This document shows, piece after piece, positions 1 through 13,031 of a DNA stretch of 64,000 nt. The stretch comes from Utricularia gibba (Eukaryota; Plantae; Magnoliophyta). A model generated the notes under the pieces. It saw only the letters and a program-made list of their open reading frames with translations. It was not told the DNA's origin and did no database searches. The stretch spans positions 3,410,001 through 3,474,000 of the forward strand of contig CM007989.1 of assembly GCA_002189035.1 (NCBI GenBank), written 5' to 3'. The number at the start of each line of letters is the position of its first letter. Positions within the stretch are counted from its first letter, which is position 1. The position numbers and the translations under genes are program-made.

Positions 1-51
1 CAACATACCAAAAAAAGACGTTAAAATAAGCACACAAAAGTGACTACTCAC

Positions 52-1868
52 TGGAAGAGCACTTTCCCAACCAGCTGGGAGTTCACCAGTTATAATAGAC
101 TTCAACTCTGCTGCCTCTTCCGGGAAATTCTTCTCATAAGCGGCAAACTTGGCATTCCATTCAGATTCAAGGGAAGCCCCTTTGGGAACATGCCGGCTCC
201 AGTGGCTGCTCAGAGAAAATTTACAAATTAAAAGGGTTTGACTGAAGTTAAAGGATGACTAGGAATCTGTACCTCTTCACTTCCTCTGGCACATGGAAAG
301 GTTCATATGGCCAAGCAAGGTTGTTTCGAGTGGCCTCAACCTCTTTTGCACCCAGAGCACTTCCATGGACGCTGTAGGAGTTGGCCTTGTTTGGTGAACC
401 ATAGCCAATTATTGTAGTAACCTACCATCACAGTAAGAGCAGAAAGAATCAGCAATGACCATTTTTTACTACTTAGGCAATTTCACAGATGTAAATTCTG
501 ACCTTTATCAGAGTGGGCTTATCTGTCACAGCTTTTGCTTCCTTTATGGCCGCACGAATCTCATCATATCCAGTATTGCCATTCTTAACCCATATTACAT
601 GCCATCCAAGAGCCTCGAAACGTTTATCAACATTCTCAGTAAACGCAATCTCTGTATCGCCATCAATTGAAATGTGATTGTCATCATAAAAAGCAATCAG
701 CTTTCCAAGTCCCCAGTGTCCAGCAAGAGAGCAGGCTTCATTAGAAATGCCTTCCATTTGACAGCCATCTCCAAGGATCACATATCTGTAAATATTGGCA
801 AGCAAATATGTGAGCAACACTTTGATGCTTAAAAGGTGAAGATGAATATCAGTTACTTACGTGTAATGGTCGACTATTTCATTATCAGGTTTGTTATATC
901 GAGCAGCCAAGTGTTTTTCGGCAAGGGCCAATCCCACAGCATTGGCAATACCTTGTCCAAGAGGACCTACAAAACAAAAGAGAAGAAAATGGGGATGAGA
1001 TACTAGATCTAGCTTGAAACTACGCAGCGAAAGTGAAATGCTCTAACCAGTGGTGACTTCAACGCCAGGTGTCTCAAAATTCTCAGGATGGCCGGGTGTC
1101 CTGCTTTCCCACTGACGGAAATTTTTCAAATCCTCCTCCTGAAATGCACATCGGAATCAACCAAAAACAAAGTGAGAACATTTGAGAAAGGAAAAAAGAT
1201 TTTATGCAGATAGAGTTCATTTACAGTACTGAGAGTGCAATTCAATCAGATCCAGAACAGGAAAACAAGATCTCACCCCAAGCAGACGAAGCAACCACAT
1301 TCAGATCCACCCCCAATACAGCAAAGGTAACACAGAGTGACAAGAACATGCAAAAATATAAACGAGGCTTCAAAGATTCAACCTTGACAGCGTCATATCC
1401 AGCCAAGTGAAGAAGCGCGTACTGTAGCATACACCCATGTCCGGCGGAGAGCACGAAGCGATCACGATTGAACCAATATGGATTCTTCGGGTTGTACCTC
1501 ATCACTTCATCATACAAAATATGACCCATTGGAGCGCATCCCATAGGCAAACCCGGATGTCCAGATACCGCCTTCTCAACAGCATCAATCGCAAGGAACC
1601 GAATCGTGTTCACTGACTTATCCACAAGCGCCGTATCAGCAACTTTCTCCGTCTCTACCGCAACGGAGGCACGGATTCGGTGGCGAGGAGCCGGCGCAAC
1701 ACGACGCCTGAAAATCGACGGGCCGGCTGAAGAAGGCGTGGATTTGAGGCCGGAGAAAGATGGGACGGAGAGAGAAGCGACGGAGGCAGATTGGGCGGAG
1801 CCATGGCGGGGTATGGCAGACCCAGGAAGGATGCTAGCCTGCGAGACTGTGAGAGAAGAGGACGCCAT
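52..1868 (-). CDS. TKL: Plastid transketolase, 3'-partial (gene runs off the left edge). Exons 1868-1383, 1138-1048, 966-861, 785-503, 421-273, 205-52
   Basis: Ser/Ala-rich transit peptide, then [66 protein letters not shown] and [12 protein letters not shown] (ThDP-binding GDG motif). GT-AG junctions keep the frame across all six exons. Confidence 0.96.
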
Positions 1869-2560
1869 GGCTTCGTTATCCGGTAACCTTTTCTTGTGCT
1901 TGTCGCAAAAAAATCAGCGGGCTGCGGAGGTTTTAGAGAAGTGAGCGAGGAGTAGATAATACGAAATATGAGGCCAGGGGATTTTTTTAATTAAAAATAT
2001 TGAAATTTTTATAATAACAACAAATTTAGAATAATAATAGCATATACCAAAAATGAAACAAACAACACATCCATTATCCAATACTCCTCAGTCATAATGC
2101 AAAACTATATTTTTTAAAAAATAATCATTATTTAGATAAATTAAACTCAATTTTCCATTTATTCATGAATTTTGTTTGGATGTTTAGAAAAATATTCATC
2201 CTTTAATGCATTACAATCAATTTTTTACACATACGATAACTAATTTTATTATACACTCAAAGAAATGTGTCTACTTTTCTAATACATTCTGTGTGGTGTG
2301 CTTGCTAAATTGAATGTTACCAACCCCTCTTTATCTTGGAGTGTGTTTTTTCCACACTTCACCTAACGTTAAACGGTTGAACCGGGGGGTGGGTGGAGAA
2401 TGTCAAACTTTAGGCAATGCTTCCAGCATAAATGGCATACTCAAACCATAGAAAAAGGTTGCTGATGTTTTGATTACTTTCACACAATAAGAGGAAAAAC
2501 TGATGAAGAGCCTGACAGAACTGTATAGTTAGTTGTGCTTTGCCTTTAAGAACCTGCAGC

Positions 2561-4279
2561 CTACATCAGTCTAACTCTTTTGCAGTTGGAGGGTAAGCTT
2601 CGAATACCTCTTCCTGTCACGGCATATGCAGCGGAAGCTGATGGGAGATGTGGAGATTTATCTATGTATACGTGTCTTTCCTTGCCATTCCAATACAGGA
2701 TGACCCTGTTTGTACAAGCATGAGCCCAACTGTCACCTGTATAGTTACAGGCAACAAAAGTTTAGCATGTTGCTTGAAGAGGGAAGCAGCTGAAGATCAT
2801 GTAAGATATTGGGCGGGTGCTTACCCAGAGCAAGTGTAAACTGGAATGAACCGTCGATGTATTTGGTAGTTACCTGGTTTAATAGAACAACCTGCAATAG
2901 GACGGTAGTTGAATTTCATATGTCAGACAACGAGAAGAAAATTCATGCAGCATATCAGTGTAATGTGCTTACTGCTAGATTGAACTTCTCAGCAAGTTTC
3001 ATCAGTTTTAAAGCCATTGTGCTCAGTAGCCGAGTCCTACGAGCCATGTCATCGAAATCATCACGGAACTGGAAGCTGATGCTATCAACAATCACAATCT
3101 TAACCTGAGATGGCTACATGTTAAAGACATGTCGTGTAGATGAATAATTTGAATCGACAATGTGAACCAGGGGCTCACATCTTTATGCTCAGTGATGAAA
3201 TGCTCCAAGTGATTTACCAAAGCTATTTGCTCGGTATAAGAGCACACACGGAAGTGGAATATGTTCTCAAGAAAAGCCTTGGACTGCTTATTAACTTCAC
3301 ATGAGACATTATCCTTAAGCAACGTGTTACTGTAGTGTATCAAGTCCTCAGCACACGCCTCCGCCATTTGTGAAACACGCTCTACCATGAAACTGCCTTC
3401 TGTGTCTGAGCCATGAAAAACCTAAGAATTAGATTCCATGAGATAAATAGCATGAACATATGCAGAAATCCAACGTATAAACATATGCAGTTTACATCAC
3501 ACCTATATAAATTGCCTTTCCTCCAACACCTCCATATTCAGCTGGGATTTGAACGTTTACTGCCAGTTGAATTCTGTATTTCATCATGAGTTAGGTTGAA
3601 CAATGAGGCAGTAAAATCACCAAAACTGATGTAATCCTCACCCAAGTTGGGTTTTGCCAATCCCCGGTTCACCACCTAATAATCCAAACCACAGCTACTA
3701 AGAACACGCGCTGAAATCGATACAATGGTGTTGAGTTTCTAGGTATCGTTGGCTGACCAATTTCAGTTACTTCTTTACAGCGAACCCCTCCACCTAGAAT
3801 TCCATCAAGTTCAGAGCACGATGTGCTTATGAATACAGATGATTCCTCATCATGCAGCATATCCCATGCCGTTTGCCCTCCTAAAGATCGCCAATACACA
3901 TAAATCACAGAAATCAATTCAAAACACCGCAAAAGGATCCAGCTCCATTCCTATCCCAAACTACCAAACACAAAGATTAAACATTTCTATGTACCAAGCG
4001 TGATCGACCCTCCTGTTTCACCATTGTCAAGCCTTCGCGACGCAACCTTCAGTATCTCGAGAGCTTCATTTTCAGAAATCTTCAAATCTAGCGGCACGAT
4101 GATATATATCAAGACGAATAACTCAGGCGTAAAGCGCAGAGAGAAACACATTCCGGCTCGTGAATACCTAGAGCCAAACGGGCAGCGGAGACGGCTGAGA
4201 GCGAGGAAATGGAAGTGTACCCCAACGATATCAACCTTCCCCGGTGCGACGCAGAAATTGGAAGACTAGAAACCTCCAT
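2561..4279 (-). CDS. RAD51C: DNA repair/recombination RAD51 paralogue RAD51C, 9 exons, intact
   Basis: Spliced translation [21 protein letters not shown]...[29 protein letters not shown] (Walker A)...YIDTEGSF...[11 protein letters not shown] (Walker B)...NQVTT...[16 protein letters not shown]; stop TAG at 2563-2561. Confidence 0.93.
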
Positions 4280-5181
4280 TGTTAACCAAGTTTTGCACAT
4301 AAAATCGGAGTGGCTTTTTAACGACGGCGGCCTTCCCGCAGAAATTGAATTGCGGCCCTCAAACTAATTCACACTCACAAAAAACCCCTAAACTTCACGA
4401 ATCTACAGCTCGACCCCTAAACTTAGTAAACTTTCTCTCATAACCCCGGAGCATTCAATATTCACAATATGTAGCTGACCATCAGTATTTTAATTAAAAA
4501 AATAAATATTTCAATCGTCATTTTTTAAATACTGATCACGAGTCTCATTCGTATTCAAAAAATTATGTGTACTAAACATTATATTGAATTTATGACATAA
4601 TTCATTGTGATAATATTAAATAATTCAATTAAATATATTTCATCATTTTGTTAGGAGTTTATTCACATAATATTTGGAAAAAATTACTTTATAATTAATT
4701 CTAATAGAATTGAAAATTCGGATAGAATGATTACTGATATATATTTAATTTTTTTAAAAAATTATTATTATAGAATTGATTAATATTTAAAATAGAAAAA
4801 AATAAAAATTGATTTTTATAAATAAATGATAAGTTTTAACATATTTATAAATAATAATAATTTATAAATTTATTTAAATAAAATTATATTATATAATATC
4901 AATATTTATCAAACTCAAATCAATAATTTAAAATCAATATCTTAAAAAATAAAAAATGATTTTTATAACATTAATTTATCAATGTTTATCAAATGATTAT
5001 AATATTTATATTTATTTTCATAATCGATTCTTAAAAAACAATTCTTTATGATAAACTATATATCCATATCTTATAGAATTAAAATATAGTTGATTTCCAA
5101 ACGTAGCTTCAAATTCTAAATCCCAAATTAAATAAATATCCATTCATGCAAACTTGGGAGACAGCACGAAATGGCAAAGTT

Positions 5182-5862
5182 TTAATGGCCAAAGTAGGTC
5201 GCCCAATCCTGAGGAAACACACCTGAAAAAGCCTCCCCCGGATCGCCTCCCATTGTCGAACTGCTCCAGTTATCGGCTGCAACAGCGGGAAAGGTATTCA
5301 GTAATACATTGCTTGATGATTCAGTGAAGCTGTTTCCTTGTATGGGTTGCTCCAGAAGGTTAGGAGGCGCCATCCCGTTTCCCCGATTCGTCTCTTCGAG
5401 CTCGTCCCTCCTCTTCGCGAGCTCTTTCAGCTTCTCCTCTGCGAAACTGTACAGACCACTTAGCTGCCTCAAGTCCAGGGATTCGAAGCTTCCATCGTCG
5501 TTGATTTGATACATGCAGAGCTTCGCTTCCTTGTCGCTGGTCTTCTCCTTCAGCTTCAATGACTGAAGGGCCTTGCCCTCTGTCTCAGAAACTAGAAACT
5601 TCTCTTGCAGGACCATTTTTCTCGTCATTTCCCTTTCTGGGAAGCTCAAGAACTTCTCCGTTAAGCTCATGACGACGTCCTCCGATGGCCACAGCATCGA
5701 GTACCCATCGATCTGGTTGTGGAGGGCGATGGCGATCTTTATACCGCACAGGATCGAGAGCTCCTTGGCTTTCTTGAGGAGACTGTCGAGCCTCCTCTTC
5801 AGAGTGGAGGCCCGCTCCCTTTCGCTCTGAATCTGAGCATGCTTCGCTGCTTTCCTCGGCAT
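5182..5862 (-). CDS. Type I MADS-box transcription factor (M-gamma/AGL80-like), intronless, 226 aa
   Basis: N-terminal MADS domain (RASTLKRRLDSLLKKAKELSILCG) followed by WPS...KM...FL and a coiled region typical of M-gamma proteins; single exon. Confidence 0.88.
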   Translation of the reverse strand: MPRKAAKHAQIQSERERASTLKRRLDSLLKKAKELSILCGIKIAIALHNQIDGYSMLWPSEDVVMSLTEKFLSFPEREMTRKMVLQEKFLVSETEGKALQSLKLKEKTSDKEAKLCMYQINDDGSFESLDLRQLSGLYSFAEEKLKELAKRRDELEETNRGNGMAPPNLLEQPIQGNSFTESSSNVLLNTFPAVAADNWSSSTMGGDPGEAFSGVFPQDWATYFGH

Positions 5863-6915
5863 GTTGTCCGAATTCGATGAAAGGAAAAGGATGTGAATTT
5901 CAAGAGCCTCAACGCCTTGTTATGGCTGAAGTGTAACTCATTTGCTTTGTATGAAGTGATGATGACCTTTGAATAAGGGTAAATTCAGATACCCGAAAAA
6001 AAGGTAATTCATTTATGTCAAAAAATCCGAACGTTTCGACAGCTTTGTCCGTACCGCATGGTCTCAGGAATACAGTTTTTAGAACCTTCCTTTAGAACCT
6101 TCCTTGTCTGATTTCATTTCATAAAAACCCAAATCATCAACCCTTTTGAAAGTTTTAATTTTGTAACATGGGATAATCTTACTTTCTAATAGGGTATATT
6201 ATAAATCACGTGGTAAACGTTTATGATAAACTCGACATGCTAAATAAACACGTTTACAAAATAAACACGACATGTTATAAATCATGGAGATAAAGAAGAT
6301 CATCCTAAAATGGTTGTTTTATTATGGCATTCTGTAGATTACCATGAGCTCTACTTAAATAAATGTTTTATTACTGAAAAATGTACAATTTTTAACCTAA
6401 AGTTTCTTACGTATGAGAAGTACCAATGTATTTAGTACTCTAAATCGGTACGAATGATCAGTTTGTCTATTGAATATTTTAATTAATTGTATAAGATATA
6501 TATTAGCCAATGAACTTCACAACTCTGTAACTAATGCCTCTGTGCTTAGTGAAACTATACTCGCACCCACTAACTTCATAAAATTTCACTACGACCTAAA
6601 CGAGTCGTTAGGAACTAACACAATCATAAGGCGATCTAAACGCATTTCTTGAACCTGTCATCTTCCCATTTTACACTATCCTAAACAAGGGCAAATGACA
6701 TCAGTGAATAGAATCTATAAAATGCCACATTAAACGATTTGCACGAATACAGAATGTAAGTAATATTGTTAGCTCGTGCCTATGGTTCCGAAGGTATTCG
6801 GACACGCTTATTCCAATGTTCTAACTTCCGAAAGCAGGAAAAGAAAAGGTAGTATCCCAATTCAAGCACACCCAAAGCATAAACGGAAATAGCAGACCTT
6901 CAAGGGCCAAAATAG

Positions 6916-7605
6916 TTAGTACCAGTCCTGAGGAAACACACCTGAGCCATCAGCATGATCGCCTCTGATCGCCGCACCGGACCAGTCATCGCCTGAAATA
7001 ACAGCAAGATCATTCTGTATGCCATGGCTTGAGGATGCAATCATGCTAATATCTTCCATGGGCTGCTCCATGGCTCCAGGAGCGGCATTTATGGGAACTG
7101 CCGCAACCTGGTTTCCAGTGTTAGTATCAGTCATCCCCTCTAGCTCGTTGCTCCTCTTGGCGAGCTCCTTCAGCTTCCCATCTGCAAAATTATACAAACA
7201 TCTTAGTTGCTTGAAATCCAGCGCCTGGAAGCTCGCATCATCGCCGACTTGATGCATGCAGTACTCCGCCTCCTTTTCATCCGTCCGCTGCTTCAGTTTC
7301 TGCAACTCATTAGCCTTGTGCTCGGATTCATCAATCAGGAACTTATCATGCAGCACCATTTTTCTAGAAGTTTCGTTCGCATGCAAACTCTGGAACTTCT
7401 CCGCCAATCCCGCGAACGCCTCCTCTGACGGCCACACCGTCGGGATCCCGTCATCCTGGCTATGGATGACGATGCCAATATTCACCCCGCAGAGGACCGA
7501 CAGCTCGTTAGCCTTCTTGAGGAAGCTGTCCCGGCGCCTGACGAAGGTGGAAACCCGCTCGCGCTCGCTGACGATCTGGACATGCTTCGTCGGCTTCCTC
7601 GGCAT
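6916..7605 (-). CDS. Type I MADS-box transcription factor (M-gamma-like), intronless, 229 aa; tandem paralogue of 5182-5862
   Basis: MADS domain RVSTFVRRRDSFLKKANELSVLCGV, then VWPS...KMVLHDKFL; aligns end to end with the neighbour, sharing the C-terminal SGVFPQDW. Confidence 0.88.
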   Translation of the reverse strand: MPRKPTKHVQIVSERERVSTFVRRRDSFLKKANELSVLCGVNIGIVIHSQDDGIPTVWPSEEAFAGLAEKFQSLHANETSRKMVLHDKFLIDESEHKANELQKLKQRTDEKEAEYCMHQVGDDASFQALDFKQLRCLYNFADGKLKELAKRSNELEGMTDTNTGNQVAAVPINAAPGAMEQPMEDISMIASSSHGIQNDLAVISGDDWSGAAIRGDHADGSGVFPQDWY

Positions 7606-10133
7606 GGTGTGCGGCGAGGGGCAATGGGAGGAGACGGCCGTGGGCGTTGGTGGGCTTGACTTGAATAGGGCATTCCGGAATCCAGAAATGGTAACTCATT
7701 TATATCGGCGACGTAGAGGAATACCAACATTTCAGCAATTTGGCTTTACTCTGTAAAATCTTATTGCTGATTTGGCTTTCGCCTAGGTTTTTAGTACCTC
7801 CCTTATTCCTTTTATTTCCAGATACATTCTACTCCTTGTTTTGAACTACTTTAATGAAAATCTTGCTCATACCCTAATATTTTTAACAATTTATTACACT
7901 TATTTTTTATTAGTGGTGAATTAGTTTACTTTAATCACGACGTCGATTATCAAGTTTATAATAATTTGCATGATATAATTTTTTTAATCTCATGTACATG
8001 ATTAAAGAAAGTAATTTCCATTAAAACCATCTATAGTGTTTGGTAGATAATATTACATGTATATGCATATCTCATAATCCATTTATATGATATTCTCTGT
8101 TTTTTGCATATAATTCTTACAATTTTATGTTATTTTTTTCTAGTAAAAATATTCATACAATATTAAGAATATCTCTTTATTTAAGTATTTTTTGAGATAT
8201 ATAAATTCCTCTTAATCCACTTCTTAACATTTTTATCTTTTTATTTATATTAAAAAATAGTGAGAGTATATTTATCCTATGTTATGAATTAAATATTTTT
8301 TATTTTATTTACAATTAATTAATCAAACATATTTTATGTAATTCAAATATAAATATACCATTCACATATTTCTATTAAAACAATTTTGCGACAATCGTAT
8401 TTCCTATTAACAGTATTACATATAATAATGTTTTAAAAATTTAGTTAACTTTTTTTCTTTCTTTTACAGATATTTACTTTTAATGGCGAGAAAAGGTTAT
8501 TGACTAAATTAGAATATTGAGTTAATTTTACCATTTAAGAATTGGGCAGGGCTCTTTCACGTTTCTCGTACACCAAAAAACGATTTATTTTATAAAATTA
8601 ATCGATTAAAAAAACAAATTAAATTGGATTTGGACAACCCCAGCCCATGGTTTAACAAAGTGGTTGTCTTGAACTGTACTTGGAGTCGCGCTCGTGCACT
8701 GCGGTCAGAAGTCCACTCCACCGTGTTGGTCAACGCCGGTTTCACGTTGAGTGCGCGTTTGTGTGCGTGTGTCAATTAGTCCCTTGCTTTTATTTTTTTA
8801 ATATTTTTGAAATATTATAACTTAATTTCTTTTCAAGCCTCTGAATGAAGTGAGAATCATTGCACGTGACAACGGTAAACTTGTTCTTAGCATATATTTT
8901 ACTATGATAAGATCATGTGATAAGTGATAAACTACCAATAGAACAAGATCATGGTGAATTGACTTGTTTTACTATGAGTGTCGGTTTGTTCTTAGCATAT
9001 ATTTTTACCCTAACCTTGGGTCATGGAGCTTGCACCCCATGTATAAATTGTTTAAATTATGATTTATAAAAGATTACAGATTAATAATAATTGTTTAAAT
9101 TATGATTAATGTTTCTTATATATTTAAGTTTCATATATATTCATTCGATTGATTGGATCCTAAATTTCAATAATAAACCCATGTTATTTTAAAAAATAAT
9201 CTTCATTTTATTTCATATTGAGTATGATCGATTTTTTTAAGTGGCAAGCTACCTATTGCATAAGAGAGTTTGTCTTATTACCGGTCATGGTAAGACAACT
9301 AAGCAACCATCAAAAGTCATGCAGATATGCTTCGACAAGCAACCGCGAATGAGACCAGTGTTAAGAATCCTTGGGTGCAAGTCAACGATCGCCCAACATC
9401 TCCTATTCAACTCTAGTTCCGTGCAGCATTAGAACCCAGGAAGAAACACTTTGGAAAACTGGGGGAGCTGATACCCGCGTTTCTAACAACCGCCACACAC
9501 GCATACCAACCCTGGCTTTGAACATGTTGACGCTTTGTTACTTCCGATGGATAGTTTTGGATCAGAATCTTGTAGAAAAATGGAACAATCCCGTTAGAGG
9601 AGGGAGGGATGTTTAAAGAATTGGAAAGTGGGATCAACTTGTGCGTTTTGTCCAATCTCAAAATTGGGTCAAACATATTAGAATATGATATCAATAAATG
9701 AAAATAAAATAATCAATTATATAAAAAATTATAAATCATTAATAATTAATTGAATCTAGTTTTATTTGATATAATTTAAATTTATTATGTAATTAAATTT
9801 CATATATATTAGCATCACTTATACTATTCTTAATTTCAACAAAGAATTAGAATGAGTTGGTATGAGTTTCCCATTTCATAAGTTTCTTGCCTAAAAAAGT
9901 GGGCATTCCCAATAAGATTTGAACAACTAATAGACTCTTTGTGCAGAGTAATCATTTCAGAGATCCAGGACGGTTGTATTGTGTAGACTAGTAGTGTAAT
10001 GTCAAGGCATTGAGTGCCTTCGCATGTCCAGTTTGTTGTTGAAGGTCAACTCTTCTTAAATGAAAAACCCGATGCCGAAAGTCGTCATAAGGATAATGCG
10101 ATTTTTTTTTCAGTTTCCACTACTTTTTCTGGC

Positions 10134-10140
10134 TATATAA
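10134..10140 (+). promoter_or_regulatory. Probable TATA box of PME gene 1
   Basis: TATATAA about 40 bp upstream of the ATG at 10179; a matching TATAAAT lies at the equivalent position of the paralogue (12986-12992). Confidence 0.5.
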
Positions 10141-10178
10141 ACTCCATTGGATCAAATGGTGAAAGGCATAGAATCTCA

Positions 10179-11959
10179 ATGGCGAACATGGCCGTACTAG
10201 CCCTTCTTCTTTTCTCTACGATTTTCGTGTCTCCGGCCGTCTCTGGTGAATCTCCACCGGAGATATCGGCCAAGTGTAAGGAAACTCCTCACCCCGAATT
10301 GTGTGAAAACATGGTTTCTAGAAACACAAAATACCATGTTCCTATCAAGGGGAAGTCCGACTTCTTCGACCTGTCCGTTCAAATGGCACTGGATGAGAGT
10401 GTCTATGCTCACGAGGGATGGTCGAGTCTCGGTCCCAAGTGCCGTAATGATAAGGAAAAGGCTGCCTGGACAGACTGCGTCAACCTCTACGAGAGCGCCG
10501 TGGATCATCTTCGCAGGTCGGTCGATCGGAACGTGAACCCCACGGCGGCTGATGCTCAGACATGGCTGAGCGCCGCCTTGACCAATATCGAAACGTGCAA
10601 AGCTGGGTTCTCAGATTTCGGCATCGTTCATTATGTTTTCCCCATGATGTCCAACAATGTGAGCCGGCTGCTTTGCAATGCACTCGCAATGAACGACGGC
10701 GATCGGTATCAGGGCACGAGTTTGACTGGCAGAGAAGGTTTTCCGAGCTGGGTATCTCCGAGGGATCGGAAGTTGCTGCAGTCATCATCGAATCCTAAGG
10801 CGAATCTCGTGGTGGCGCAGGATGGATCGGGAAACTTCAAGACCGTGTCTGAGGCTATCGCGGCGGCTGCGAAAAGCGCGGGAAATGGGAGGTTTGTGAT
10901 CTATGTAAAGCAAGGCACTTATAGAGAGAATGTAAATATTGGGCGTAATTTGAGGAACATCATGCTGATCGGCGACGGTATCGGGAAGACGATCATCACG
11001 GGAAGCAGAAGCGTCGGCGGCGGCACCACCACCTTCAACTCGGCCACGTTCGGTAAGTATACAAATTCCGTTTTGCCTGTTGATTATTTAAAAAAATCTT
11101 TTATCATTAACGCTAGCCAATAGTCGGTGGCCAGCTAAGCATTGATTTGACCAAGAAATATGAAGATTAACAATATTTTATTTTAAAATATTTTTTGCAG
11201 CGGTTGTTGGAGATGGATTCATCGGCAAGGGGATAACCTTCCGAAACACTGCCGGCCCCGGGAACCACCAGGCGGTTGCCGTCCGGTCCGGTTCAGATCT
11301 ATCGGTTTTCTACCAGTGCAGCATGGAAGGCTACCAAGACACCCTCTACGTTCACTCACAGAGACAATTCTACCGAGAGTGCGACATCTACGGCACCGTC
11401 GACTTCATTTTTGGCAATTCCGCCGTCGTACTCCAAAACTGCAGAATATTAGTCAGAGACCCGCCGGCAAGGACCAACACCATCACCGCCCAAGGCCGTA
11501 CAGATCCGAACCAGAACACCGGCATCTCTATACAGAACTGCGTCGTCACACAAGCCTCAACGCTTTCTCCAGGTAGGAAAGGAGATTGCTCTCATATTCA
11601 TGAAATCAAAAATCATCAAATCGGCTAACTATATTTGCATAATCGTCTCAGGTGTGAAAACGTACCTCGGGCGACCATGGCAGCAGTACTCACGCACCAT
11701 TTTCATGGAATCGAACTTGGGGAGCTTGATTGCGGCGGCAGGATGGCTGCCATGGAGTGGGAACTTCGCCTTGGACACACTGTTTTACGGGGAGTACAGT
11801 AACACGGGTCCGGGTTCCTCGACTGCGAATCGGGTTAACTGGAAAGGGTTCCGCGTGATCACGAGTCCCTCCGTGGCGAGCCAGTTTACGCCGGGGAGTT
11901 TCATCGGCGGCAACTCATGGCTGCCGGCAACAGGGGTGCCGTTCAAGGCCGGTCTCTAA
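10179..11959 (+). CDS. Pectin methylesterase with PMEI pro-domain (group 2/type I). Exons 10179-11052, 11201-11572, 11652-11959
   Basis: Signal peptide, PMEI domain (AAWTDCVNLYE, QTWLSAALTN), RKLL processing site, VVAQDGSGNF, HQAVAVR, QDTLY, GTVDFIFG, YLGRPW, YGEY.N.GPGS; three exons join in frame. Confidence 0.95.
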
Positions 11960-13031
11960 GTAGTGTCGGAGCCTTTCTCATCTTGTGTTCCCGAAGGGAC
12001 TTATTTCTGCGTTCGTTTATTGCATGTTTCGGGAGTTGGTGTGCCCTTTTAGTTCCCAAACTGTGTACATGTACGAATTTTCGTTTGTTTCCCTGCCAGA
12101 ACACATCCGTTCGGAAAAAAAAAAACAAATAAAGAAGAGAAAAAACACATCATCGAACAAGTTCGCATTGGCGACCCACATTCACTGGAGTTGTTAAAAT
12201 TTGCAAAGTTTCTGTATTGAGCTGTAGGGGAAGTAGTTGTAGTAAGCAGTTTTGTTGGGTACACCAACTGACAATGTAGACATAATTAGCCTCCATCATT
12301 GAGAAAAATAATTATGCTTACTTCATCTCTCATACATTAAAACTTCCCAAATTTTTCATTATACTTACAAAATTTGAGGAAATTTTTTTTCCTATACAAT
12401 TTTATAAATCATGCAATAGATTAATCACTCATTTATACCAACTTAGTCCATCATTATTCATAATCGTATCTATTGATAATTCGCAAATTATACTGCCGAT
12501 TACTTCTGTTGAAGAGCCTTCAATTTATATGAAGCTTTTTTCATTTCTTCAATTTCCTATATATATAAGAATGATCAATTTTCTAAATTGGAGCTATTGG
12601 ATACATCAACACAGGGGAGAAAGGGGGTTTTATTATTTGTAGGACTAGAAATACAAATTTTCAAACCTTATGGAGGATGATCCATAACACAAAAAAAATT
12701 AAAAAATTAAAAATTTATTATTGAGTAACTCAACCCCAGAGAGTTTTTCATCTTGCACTTGAAAAATATTATTTCCGTACAGTGACAATTTTTTTGGTAA
12801 GCCATACGGTTACAAATGAACTGTCTCTTTTTTTTTTTTAATGGAATGTCAACTTTAGTTACATGAAACTGTTACATAGTCATTATCTTGTCCAATTCAA
12901 AGCATGTTATTCTTCAAACGGTAATAAAATCAAGACAACGCGTTTCTGATCAGACATCGCTCTCTCCATGCTTCGTGCTCTTCAGTATAAATTCCATGGT
13001 GAAATCCAAACAACAGACACGCGGAATCCTG

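Noticed and set aside
5207-5226. Resemblance of the shared MADS 20-mer to miR398
   Set aside because: The similarity is partial and in the sense orientation of the mRNA, so it cannot be a target site, and there is no precursor hairpin.
4340-9200. AT-rich spacers with short repeats (CCCCTAAACTT at about 4385/4414; TTGTTCTTAGCATATATTTT at 8881/8986) as MITEs or Helitrons
   Set aside because: No terminal inverted repeats, target-site duplications or terminal hairpin could be delimited; at most eroded remnants.
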